Assembly: GCF_006345805.1 (NCBI RefSeq) | Contig: NC_043021.1 | Location: 21,080,001-21,144,000, forward strand | Source: Octopus sinensis | Taxonomy: Eukaryota | Reading direction: 5' to 3' | Length of the DNA stretch: 64,000 nt | Shown: positions 39,470-50,524 of the stretch, piece by piece | Layout: each line of letters starts with the position of its first letter | Numbering within the stretch: position 1 is the stretch's first letter | Program-made: the position numbers and the translations under genes | Notes under the pieces: generated by a model | What the model was told of the DNA's origin: nothing | Database searches by the model: none | What the model saw: the letters and a program-made list of their open reading frames with translations, nothing else

Positions 39470-39866
39470 CTAGCAGTATCACCCGGCGTTGCTCGGGTTT
39501 GTAAGGGAAATAACTATGTAAGCATTTTTAGTGAGTTATAGCCAAAAAATAGCAAAAAAATGCATTAAAAATGGAAAAAAAATGATGGTAAATTTTTTTT
39601 AAAAATCGTTGACTCATCGTAGACATTTTTAGAGAGTTACTTCCCTTATATAATAGCGAAAAAATGCATTAAAATGGAAAAAATGATGGTAAATTTTTTT
39701 TAAATCATAGACTCATCGTAGACGCACGCTAATACCCAGAAGGGCTCGATATGAATCACGACTATAAGATACCCGGTTTTGGTTAAACTGCACCGCAAAA
39801 TGTGGGAGTAGTTAGGAATCTAAATCGGAGGAGACAGACACACAACCTTACTTTTATATATAAAGA
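39470..39866 (-). mobile_element. Non-autonomous Helitron-type element (397 bp)
   Basis: Minus strand reads A|TCTTTATATATAAAAG ... CCCGAGCAACGCCGGG hairpin ... CTAG|T: 5'-TC, subterminal hairpin, 3'-CTAG, inserted between A and T with no TSD. Confidence 0.85.
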
Positions 39867-40319
39867 TGTTTACCAAGCATATTACTGTATGTATATGAGT
39901 ATGTAACTCTATATGCATGTGTGTGTGTATGTGTATGTGTGTGTGTATGGTTTTCTTTGAGATTCCTTTACGTTCTTCTTCATGGACTTCAAACCAGTCA
40001 CTGACAAACTGACAAGTTCTCAGGGTTTGTCAATATGCGTTGAGTTAGTGAGTGCATATATGTAGGTGTTTGTAATTGCACTTATGTTCCATATGAAGAC
40101 ATTTTTTTAGTACTTTAGTGTTTGTTTGTTTATTGGTTTGTTTGTTTGTGTGTGTGTGATTACTTTTTGCATATGTTTCTTACTATATGTACACAACCGT
40201 GTGCATATGTTCACTCAAAAAAAAATCTCAGATGCAGAATCTGTGGAATGTATTACAAATTTTTAGTGTACTGCTAACAGACTGGGTTTGGAGGTTGTAT
40301 GTTAATTTCTTTTGCTCTT

Positions 40320-40740
40320 TCTATGTATGTATGTATGTATGTGTGTGTGTGTGTGTATGTGTGTGTATGTATGTATCTATGTTTGTGTATGTATATATGT
40401 ATATATGTAAATGTATGTATGTATGTATGTATGTATATATGTATGTATGTATGTATGTTTGTATGTATGTATGTATAATGTATGTGTGTATGCATGTATA
40501 TATGTATATATGTATGTATGTACGTGCGTACGTACGTATGTATGTATGTATGTATATATGTATGTATATATGTATGTATATGTATATATGTATGTATGTA
40601 TGTAAGTATGTATGTATGTATCTATGTGTGTGTGCATGTATGTATATACCAGTTATTTTTTACTTATATATGTATGTATGTATGTGTGTATGTTTGTATG
40701 TGCGTGTGTATGTTTGTATGTGCGTGTGTACATATGTATG
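40320..40740. repeat. (TATG)n/(TG)n microsatellite
   Basis: Directly visible. Confidence 0.92.
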
Positions 40741-40899
40741 TACAAGCAAAACGCCCCCTGTCCAATGGATGGTGCTGAGTTGTCAACCATTTAAACCAAA
40801 TTTTCTCAAAACAACTTGTCCGACCGTCCCATAGGCCTCCCCTTTGAGAAACACTGATTTAACTTAAATTTGAGATGCCGTGCATTTTTCTCACTTATG

Positions 40900-41124
40900 C
40901 GTAGTATCGATCGCAACAGCTGATGTACTTGCACGTACAAATGCACGTTCCCACGGCTTTATCGATTGCATTCTCAACTAGAATCGATTTTCACAATTTT
41001 TCCAAGACTTATACACGCCTTGATACCGTCGGTATCTACATATCGAATTTGAGTGCAATCGGATGGAGGATGCCCGAGATCCTAGAAGACACACAGACAG
41101 ATAGAACAGATTTTAAGTTATAGA
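40900..41124 (-). mobile_element. Possible second Helitron/HINE-like 5' remnant
   Basis: Minus strand begins ATCTATA...tctgtctgtgtgtc...tccgattgcactcaaattcg; CpG-rich. No 3' CTAG found. Confidence 0.35.
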
Positions 41125-41704
41125 TGTATGTAAAATGTCAGAGAGCAAAATGTAACTGTTTTTTTGCAATAAATACATCTAAAGCAGAATTTTTCATGAA
41201 CCCTTAAAATACTATTATGGATCCCTAATTTTCTATTTTGCTTATGTGGACCCCAAAATTCTTATATGGACCACCAGGGGTCACATGAACCCTGTTTGAG
41301 AACCAATGCTTTAAGTGCTAAGAAGGTCTTGCAGATTTTTATACTCCAAGATTTCATGATCATTTGTAAGGAGTTGCGTTCTTTCCCCAAGATCTCAACT
41401 TCCGCCATGCTCTGCTCCAGAAGGATTGGTATGTAACCCGTTGCTACAACCCTAACCCTAATAGGTATGGAAGCTGAAAATGTATCATGGATACAGAATT
41501 GGCAAACCAACTATCAATGGTCCATAGATGTCCTCCTTTGCCTATAATTTTCTAATCACACGGTGTCCAGAGGGCAATTGATTTCCACGACAGACTACAC
41601 CTTTTCCTTGTGGTCCTACACAACACCTGGCCAGTTGTGTTTTAAGTTGCTGGTTGTTTTAAATTTTAAGTTCTACCAATATTCTGTTGGTTCATTGGTC
41701 TCAA

Positions 41705-42090
41705 AGGCGCAGGAGTGGCTGTGTGGTAAGTAGCTTGTTTACCAGCCACATGGTTCCGGGTTCAGTCCCACTGTGTGGCACTTTGGGCAAGTGTCTTCTT
41801 CTATAGCCTTGGGCCGACCAAAGCCTTGTGAGTGGATTTGGTAGACGGAAACTGAAAGAAGCCCGTCGTATATATATATATATATATATATATGCGTGTG
41901 TGTTTGTCCCCCTAGCATTGCTTGACAACCGATGCTGGTGTGTTTATAGTGGTTCAGCAAAAGAGACCGATAGAATAAGTACTGGGCTTACAAAAGAATA
42001 AGTCCCGGGGTCGATTTGCTCGACTAAAAAGGTGGTGCTCCAGCATGGCTGCAGTCAAATGACTGAAACAAGTAAAAGAGAAAAAAGAGT
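41705..42090 (+). mobile_element. SINE family B
   Basis: Consensus head and tail. Confidence 0.92.
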
Positions 42091-42225
42091 AATACAGTTT
42101 GGTTTCATTGATTATTGTTTTCATTTTTGCTATCCTATTCCAGACTGTTTGGGCCACCGCATCATGCCTCATGGGAAAATAGTATCTGAAAGATATTCTC
42201 GCTCAGTCGGCAACACTGTGGTTGA

Positions 42226-42299
42226 TGTATGCATGTATGTATGTATGTATGTATGTATGTATGTGTGTGTGTATGTATGTATGTATGTGTGTATGTATG

Positions 42300-42330
<31 letters not shown>

Positions 42331-42341
42331 GTATGTATGTA

Positions 42342-42372
<31 letters not shown>

Positions 42373-42870
42373 ATGTGTGTGTGTATGTATGTATGTATGT
42401 GTGTATGTATGTATGTATGTATGTATGTATGTGCATGTGTGTATGTATGTGTGTGTGTATGTATGTATGTGTGTATGTGTATGTATGTCTGTCTGTATGT
42501 ATGTATATGTGTGTATGTATGTGTGTGTATGTATGTTTGTGTGTATGTATGTATGTATGTATGTGTGTGTGTGTATGTATGTATGTGTGTGCATGTATGT
42601 GTGTGTGTATGTGTGCGTGTGTGTGTATGTGTGTGTATGTATGTATGTATGTGTGTGTGTGTGTATGTGTGTATGTGTGTGTATGTATGTATGTATGTAT
42701 GTATGTATGTATGTATGTATGTATGTATGTGTGTATGTGTGTGTGTATGTATGTATGTATGTATGCATGTATGTATGTATGCATGTATGTATGTATGTGT
42801 GTGTGTGTGTGTTTATGTATTTATATATACATGTATGTATGTATGTATGTATGTATGCGTGCATGCTACT
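42226..42870. repeat. (GTAT)n/(GT)n microsatellite
   Basis: Directly visible; explains the 190-296 aa ORFs here. Confidence 0.95.
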
Positions 42871-43053
42871 GTGTGTGTTTACAATGGTGAGCAGCCATAT
42901 GTCTGTGTACTTTGTTTATTGACAGAATAATTCTTTTTTCCGAGATGTAATAAAATCAAATGTTACACATATGGTTTCACACCAAACACATCAAACTGAA
43001 GTGAAATATCATTTATTTAAATCATTTAAAATACTCAAAAATCTAAACACTTG

Positions 43054-43055
<2 letters not shown>

Positions 43056-43094
<39 letters not shown>

Positions 43095-43305
43095 CCACTA
43101 TCTTTATCACCGTCGTCATCATCATCAATATCATCATTGTCATTGTCTTCATCATCCATCATCGTCATCGTCGTCGTCGTCATCATCATTGTTGTCAGCA
43201 TCATCATCATCATCATCATCATCGTCGTCGTCGTCGTCGTCATCATCATTGTTGTCAGCATCATCATCATCATCATCATCATCACCACTATCTTTATCAC
43301 CGTCG

Positions 43306-43336
<31 letters not shown>

Positions 43337-43600
43337 TGTCATTGTCTTCATCATCATCATCATCATCGTCGTTGTCGTCGTCGTCATCATCATTGTTGTC
43401 ATCATCATCATCATCATCATCACCATCTTTATCACCGTCGTCATCATCATCATCATCATCATTGTCATTGTCATTGTCTTCATCATCCATCATCGTCGTC
43501 ATCGTCGTTCTCATCATCATCATCATCATTTAACATCCACTTTCCTATGTTTTCACGGCATATTTTTCTGTAGCTGGATGCTCTTCCTGTCACTCACTTT
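43056..43600 (-). repeat. Expanded (CAT)n tract with internal block repeats, attached to an RTE tail stub
   Basis: accactatctttatcaccgtcgtcatc block recurs three times; ttaacatccactttcc tail at about 43530. Confidence 0.85.
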
Positions 43601-44409
43601 CACGGATACTAATTCTCTCCCTAACATTACCGAGTTCAAAACCACCTTCAAAATGAGTGTACTTAAGGCTAACACTTGCTGATCGATGCATTCTTAGACC
43701 GTACAGTGTCTCACACGAAGTTAAGAGTTATCCATCCATCTATCCATTCTTCTACCCATCCACCCATTTTCTCCACCCACAATTCTTGGGTGGGTTATGG
43801 AGGTAGTGTCCTCAGTCACCTCCACCATAGGGTCCTACCTGTTAGTTGGATCTTCCATCAACTTGTACTACAGTTGTTAGCTGAATCCCAACATGCAGAT
43901 GCAGTCAGAATAGTTGCTGTGTCCTTTCTTGCCGACCATGGCTTGGTAGTCTCTGTTGCAGCTGTCCATGTCACATCTTACTGTCTTTACAGTGTTCACA
44001 GTGTTCAGCAAAAGAGACCAATAGAATAAGTACTAGGCTTAAAAAAGAATATGTCCTGGGGTTGGTTTGCTCAACTAAAGGCGGTGCTCCATCATGGCCA
44101 CAGTGACATGACTGTAACAAGTAAAAGAGTGAATGAGCAAAAGAGCAGGACTGAACCCAAAACCATGTGGTTGTAAAGCAAACTCCTTAACCACACAGCC
44201 AAAAGTGTTGACTACAATGAACAAGGTAATCCTACATATTACACCATACTATATTGACCCCGAAAAAAAGGTGGGCGGGGAATGTTGTGTTTATCAGATC
44301 CCATTGGAACTTAAGTTTGCTAATTCAGGGCCGACCTAGAGCAAAACAACAATAACAACAACAACAACTACAACAACAACAACAACAGCAACAATAAGTG
44401 GAGCTTGTG

Positions 44410-44510
44410 GTGTATATATATATGTATATATATGTATATATATACATACATATATATATATATATATATAAAGGTATATATATATACATATATATACATT
44501 ATATATATAT

Positions 44511-44556
<46 letters not shown>

Positions 44557-44629
44557 CATATATATATACATATATATATACATATATATACACATATATA
44601 TACATATATATATATACATATATATATAT

Positions 44630-44700
<71 letters not shown>
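44410..44700. repeat. (TA)n microsatellite
   Basis: Directly visible. Confidence 0.95.
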
Positions 44701-44701
<1 letters not shown>

Positions 44702-45039
44702 AAGACCTAGTGAATGGTGTTTTGAAGGAAGAGTAAGAAGGGTGCTGCATCAATCCTTTGACATTTCCCTCCAGTTGTGACATATTGAACACAAGGCAGA
44801 TTATAAGGAATCTGATCAGGTTAGCTAATTATATTGATCTTTAAACCTATTGATGCCAACAGAGAAATAACATTGCACATCCTGTTTAAAGATAATCAAA
44901 AGCAGAAAGAAGGTTTCTGGAAATGAAACAAATACCAGGAGCCTTCAAATATTTGTTGCTGCTGCTGTTGACTGATTAAGTTCTTACTTTCCCATCCATT
45001 TCCCCCACCTGGTGTTTTATAATATAAGACTACATGCAT

Positions 45040-45444
45040 AGGCGCAGGAGTGGCTGTGTGGTAAGTAGCTTGCTAACCAGCCACATGGTTCTGGGTTCAG
45101 TCCCACTGCGTGGCATCTTGGGCAAGTGTTTTCTGCTATAGCCCCAGGCCGACCAATGCCTTGTGAGTGGATTTGGTAGACGGAAACTGAAAGAAGCCCG
45201 TCGTATATATGTATATATATATATATATATGTGGGGGAGGGGGTTGTCTGTGTTTGTCCTCCTAGCATTGCTTGACAACCGATGCTGGTGTGTTTGCGTC
45301 CCCGTCACTTAGCGGTTTGGCAAAAGAGACTGATAGAATAAGTACTGGGCTTACAAAGAATAAGTCCCAGGGTCGAGTTGCTCGACTAAAGGCGGTGCTC
45401 CAGCATGGCCGCAGTCAAAATGACTGGAACAAGTAAAAGAGTAA
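45040..45444 (+). mobile_element. SINE family B
   Basis: Consensus head and tail. Confidence 0.92.
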
Positions 45445-45449
45445 ATTAG

Positions 45450-45735
45450 CTCAAGAACTGCTGGATGGATTCAGATGAAACTTGCAGGAATGTTTGGCCT
45501 TGTGAATGGCACAAACTGATTAGATTTGGGGATTGATCCAGTACCGGACAAGGATTCTAGATTATTTTTCCAGTTATTTTACTTAATTTTTGAGAGTGGT
45601 TGGGTTCATTTTTAGTATTCTTGTTTGTGAGAGCAGTCGAGTTTATTTCAGATATTCTCATTTTAAAAATCCTCTCCAGCTAATCATTGAGGCTGGTGTT
45701 GCCTTGGCAGAGGTTTGTGCTCCCTGAGTGTTCTT
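45450..45735. mobile_element. Unclassified non-autonomous repeat (HINE/DINE-1-like architecture suspected)
   Basis: aactgctggatggattcagatgaaactt ... ccttggcagaggtttgtgctccctgagtgttcttg; second copy at 1826-1940. Confidence 0.5.
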
Positions 45736-45879
45736 GTTTATTATAATTTTTTGGTGGAATAAGAACTCAGAAGATGAAAAGCTAACAATTCTGTCAGCCT
45801 TCTTCCTTACTTTTCTGGAATATTGTATTCCAGATTATGTTATTTAATTTAATCATCCATTTCTAAGCTAGGAGAAAAA

Positions 45880-46124
45880 TGCCAGAGGAGAGGCTTGCCA
45901 AAACAGCCATGTGCTGGATGCCCCTGGAAGGTAAGAGAAAAAAAAGAGGCTGACCAAGGAAGACCTGGTATAGCACCTTCAAAGAAGACCTATGCAAACT
46001 GAACATCACCTGGGAAGAAGCATACTGGTTGGCTTGAGACAGAGATTATTGGTGTTAACTGACTGCCTGATGTGCCACTGAAAGGCACCAATGGACCTAA
46101 ATAATAATAATAATAATAATAATA

Positions 46125-46155
<31 letters not shown>
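45880..46155 (+). mobile_element. RTE-clade LINE 3' end with (TAA)n tail
   Basis: MPEERLAKTAMCWMP...PRKTWYSTFKEDL..LNITWEEA...A.DR..W with stops and a frameshift. Confidence 0.75.
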
Positions 46156-46158
<3 letters not shown>

Positions 46159-46169
46159 GTTCAAAGAAG

Positions 46170-46300
46170 TTTCTACAGAATTCATATTTTTGCCATCCAA
46201 ATAATTTTGAAGACATCAGAATAAATGATAATCGGAAGGGGCAATGTCCAGCGAATATCGTGGATGGGGTATTGTTTCCATTGAAACTGCTTCAGCCTTT
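46170..46300 (-). pseudogene. Mariner transposase fragment
   Basis: ETIPHPRYSLDIAPSDYHLF*CLQNYLDGK, a degenerate YSPDLAPSDYHLF motif. Confidence 0.65.
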
Positions 46301-46699
46301 CAGATACGAACATAAATAAATGCAACCCAACAACAGCTGTATGCCCATGCTTCATCAAGTAGATTGCTTTTTAAAGCACTGCTAGATCACTCTAATAATA
46401 AAGTTCAAAGAAGTTTTGGCTCTTACGTTGGCAATCTAAGTGACTATGTATAAACTACTTCCTTGGTTCAAGTCAACAGACGTGTTTGATAGAAGTGTAT
46501 CATATCTATGTACATGATTCATCTTTGCTGACTCAGTCCTTTTTGCTATTAATAGGTACTATGGGTAGCTATCTCTGCTATCACTACTCTTCTTGTAAGA
46601 GTGTAACAAATATGTGCTCTCCAAAAAGTATTGAGTAATCCTTCAGTTTGGCTTAAAATTGTTTTCCTTAATTGTGGACGGAAACAAAATGCCAATTTC

Positions 46700-47575
46700 T
46701 AACTTCTAATTGCGGAGGAAACCTGTAGAAGAAGTAGATTTGGGAAGATTTGGGACAAGGTGGTGAAATATGATCTTTGGTTGTAGAGTTTCGTGGAGGC
46801 AATGACAAGTGACCAAGACTTCTGGTGATTTACTGTGCTTGAGAAGTCATGTCAAGCCAAGTGAAAATGTGATCATGGCCAGTGCTGGTGACATGTAAAA
46901 GTGAACAGATAAAAGGCACCTGTGCTGGTGAACATGTAAAAGGACCCTGTGCCAGTGAACACATAAAAGGCACCTGTGCTGGTGAACATGTAAAAGGTAC
47001 ACATACCAGTGAACAGATAAAAGGCACCTGTGCTGGTGAACATGTAAAAGGACCCTGTGCCAGTGAACAGATAAAATGCTTCTGTGCTGGTGAACATGTA
47101 AAAGGTACCCATGCCAGTGAACAGATAAAAGGCACCTGTGCTGGTGAACATGTAAAAGGTACCCATGCCAGTGAACAGATAAAAGTCACCTGTGCTGGTG
47201 AACATGTAAAAGGACCCTGTGCCAGTGAACACATAAAAGTCACCTGTGCTGGTGAACATGTAAAAGGACCCTGTGCTAGTGAACAGATAAAAGGCACCTG
47301 TGCTGGTGAACATGTAAAAGGACCCTGTGCTAGTGAACAGATAAAAGGCACCTGTGCTGGTGAACATGTAAAAGGACCCTGTGCCAGTGAACACATAAAA
47401 GACACCTAGTACACTCCTTAGAGTGGTTGGCGTTGTTTAGGAAAGGCATCCAGTTGTAGAAACCAGGCCAAAACAGACTGGAGCCTGGTGCGGCTCTCTG
47501 GTTAACCAGCTCCAGTCGAACCATCTAACCCATGCTAGCATGGAAAATGGGCATTAGATGATGACGACGATGACG
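46700..47575 (+). mobile_element. 5'-truncated RTE LINE: ORF2 end, 3' UTR minisatellite and (GAT/GAC) tail
   Basis: GKIWDKVVKYDL....EAMTSDQDFW....EKSCQAK* ends about 46863, followed by the repeat array and conserved tail. Confidence 0.8.
46885..47405 (+). repeat. 27-bp minisatellite with a 54-bp A/B dimer, ~19 monomers
   Basis: Alternating CACCTGTGCTGGTGAACATGTAAAAGG / ACCCTGTGCCAGTGAACAGATAAAAGG. Confidence 0.95.
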
Positions 47576-47832
47576 AATAGCTCAACAAGAAGAAACATCA
47601 ATAATACACCATGGGTAGATCAAGATTTCTCTAACTTTAGGGCAGGGTCACTGTACCGTTAAGTTGTAACATCAATAAATAGTTTTGTGTTCAAATATTT
47701 GTTAAGCTGTGAATTGACCAAGGCTTTGAACTGAAGGAATGATGTGGTTCTGTATGATAGTATTGTGACCTAGTATTTTTGACAAATGTGGTATCCTGAA
47801 ACAACATGTTAAATATTGTTCGCCAAGTATAT

Positions 47833-48244
47833 AGGCGCAGGAGTGGCTGTGTGGTAAGTAGCTTGTTTACCAACCACATGGTTCCGGGTTCAGTCCCACT
47901 GCGTGGAATCTTGGGCAAATGTCTTCTACCATAGCCCCGGGCCGACCAATGCCTTGTGAGTGGATTTGGTAGACGGAAACTGAAAGAAGCCTGTTGTATA
48001 TATGTATATATATATATATGTATGGGTGTGTGTTTGTGTGTCTGTGTTTGTCCCCCTAGCATTGCTTGACAACCGATGCTGGTGTGTTTATGTCCCCGTT
48101 ACTTAGCGGTTCGGCAAAAGAGACCGATAAAATAAGTACTGGGCTTACAAAGAATAAGTCCCAGGGTCGATGTGCTCGACTAAAGGCGGTGCTCCAGCAT
48201 AGCCGCAGTCAAATGACTGAAACAAGTAAAAGAGTAAAAGAGTA
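47833..48244 (+). mobile_element. SINE family B (possible AAGTAT TSD)
   Basis: Consensus; aagtat on both flanks. Confidence 0.92.
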
Positions 48245-48742
48245 AGTATGAAAGATTTTGAACATGAGCAAAATTTGTAACCTTGGAACACAAGAACAGC
48301 AGAAGAGTTTGTGGAATTCTAAAAGGGTTCTTTCTGAAGCAGATCCACAAAAAGCTGACAATAGTGCATTTGCAACTGTATTAAGGAATCCAAGATGATT
48401 TCATAATGAAATGGTGTAAGATCTAATCAGCTATTTGATAGTCTATCATTTTTAATCTTACTTTATGTGTTTTATATAGAATCTCACTCACTGAACAATC
48501 TATGAAAAAAAAAAAAAAAGATGTAAAAAGACTTAAGAATGTTCATTTCCAGAGCTTTTTGAAACTGTTTTACTTCATAAAATATTTAATTTAGTGTAAT
48601 CTATTTGCCTTGCGTTATGTCATGCTGATGACTTGAAATAAGGATGAAATGGTACTGTGTATGGTTACTTACAACAATAACATTTATGATCTGTATAATG
48701 AATAGGAAAAAATGAATTAATTAAATATATATATATTTAATA

Positions 48743-48901
48743 TAGGAGTGGCTGTGTGGTAAGTAGCTTGCTTACCAACCACATGGTTCCGGGTTCAGTC
48801 CCACTGCGTGGCATCTTGGACAAGTGTCTTCTGCTATAGCCCCGGGCCGACCAATGCCTTGTGAGTGGATTTGGTAGACGGAAACTGAAAGAAGCCTGTC
48901 G

Positions 48902-48934
<33 letters not shown>

Positions 48935-49123
48935 TTGTCCCCCTAGCTTTGCTTGACAACCGATGCTGGTGTGTTTACGTCCCCGTCACTTAGCGGTTCA
49001 GCAAAAGAGATCGATGGAATAAGTACTGGGCTTACAAAAGAATAAGTCCTGGGGTCGATTTGCTCGACTAAAGGCGGTGCTCCAGCATGGCCGCAGTCAA
49101 ATGACTGAAACAAGTAAAAGAGT
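48743..49123 (+). mobile_element. SINE family B
   Basis: Consensus. Confidence 0.92.
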
Positions 49124-49639
49124 ATATATATTCTACGAATCTTCTTCATTAGACTTCAGTTTTAAAATTCAAACTTCTAACCCCCTCCAGCTAAAAGCTA
49201 TTATCTCGCTTACAATAATTGCCATCAGGGTACACTATGCACACAAAATATTGATTTTATAATTAGTCACTAGTCATTTGTTTAAAAGAAAATGGTGCCA
49301 CTTTTGAACTATTATTTAAGTCACTATTTCTACTTGGCAGTGATCCCTCTCAGAAGAATTTAGTGATAGAGAAAAATGTACTACAGGCCTACACGTCTGA
49401 TTAAGAATAACCTGCCTGATGTGCTCAGAGTTGTCTATTTTCCTAGTAAATAGAATGCTTTCGTTTACTTTAGCCCCAACAGGTCGTATAATGACTTTTT
49501 AATATTATTAATTGTAGCTTCTTCCTCAGAGAACAGAAACTAAGCATTGATTTAAGGTTTTGGGGATGTGACAAACATGTTTTTCAAATGTTCTACACTT
49601 ATATAGTTTTGTAGGCTGATGATGTTTTCATTTGCTTAT

Positions 49640-50110
49640 CAAAACAAGGAAAATGCGATTTCCACTATGTTGGCAATGGAAGTTTGCGATTCTCAGATAC
49701 TGGCAGCACCAAATATCGTTGTCCAGTGAATTCACAACTGCACCAGCACGTCCAAGTCGTTTTAAGACTTCAGACTCGCAGCTAATGCTGCTATGGATCA
49801 CACCACCAAGATGAGTGAATCAATCTACAACTAATCCTGATTTTTCCACCCGTAACAGAGACAGACAATACTTAGACCCCCTAGAAGTCAACGAAAGACT
49901 CGATCTTTGTCTTGATCCAAGTGGTTCCTCTTCCTCACTCAGCGAAAGAAGAGCACGCCTTAAGACATCGAGAAACTTGGTAAGAATAACCGCGTCATCA
50001 AATTCTAGGTCAGCAATCTTAGTTTCACCAATGAGCGCTCTAAAACACGATCAAGCCACCCTCCGGCCAAAATATTCAGTCTATGCAGACATCGAACTGG
50101 GCGGATGCGA
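49640..50110 (-). pseudogene. RTE-clade reverse transcriptase fragment
   Basis: IADLEFDDAVILTKFLDVL...EEEEPLG and FTHLGGVIHS....SEVLKRLGRA..V.NSL...IWCCQYL, matching the RTE RT FADD region and downstream block. Decayed. Confidence 0.75.
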
Positions 50111-50524
50111 AAATGGACGCACGGTAACTTCATCTAAAGAGGAGTACGAGTCTTCCAATTTATTTTCACAAATAAAAGTTCTTATAATTCATTGGAAACA
50201 CGCAGCACCATTTACAAAGCCGAAATTAAAATTTTTCAAGTCAGAGTTTCGGTCATTTCTAAAAGAATAAAAATGGCATCGGATGATTTAAATTTACGGT
50301 ATATTCGTAATTATAGGTTTCAAACCGGCAACAGATTAGAGAAAACTCTGGGAGGGTGGAATTTTAGTGACCGAGCAAACCGAGTCTGATTCGTGGACGA
50401 AGCCACTGAATTCTATTTCAATTGGCGAATGTTTGAGCAGCAAAAAGAATTCCAAGAATAACGTCTATGCGGGGTGTCTGGAAAAAAAGTTTCGGAAAAA
50501 AGTCACTGAAAGAATTTTAGCTAG

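Noticed and set aside
41185-41308. Possible hAT/Charlie MITE ending GTTTGAGAACCAATG
   Set aside because: The left TIR is too degenerate and there is no 8-bp TSD.
44775-44819. 45-nt AG...GT micro-exon candidate ([14 protein letters not shown])
   Set aside because: No recognisable homology or linked exons; probably chance.
46885-47405. 27-bp repeat array as a CRISPR or a real repeat-protein gene
   Set aside because: There are no spacers, it lies in a LINE 3' UTR, and the open frames follow from the unit length being divisible by 3.
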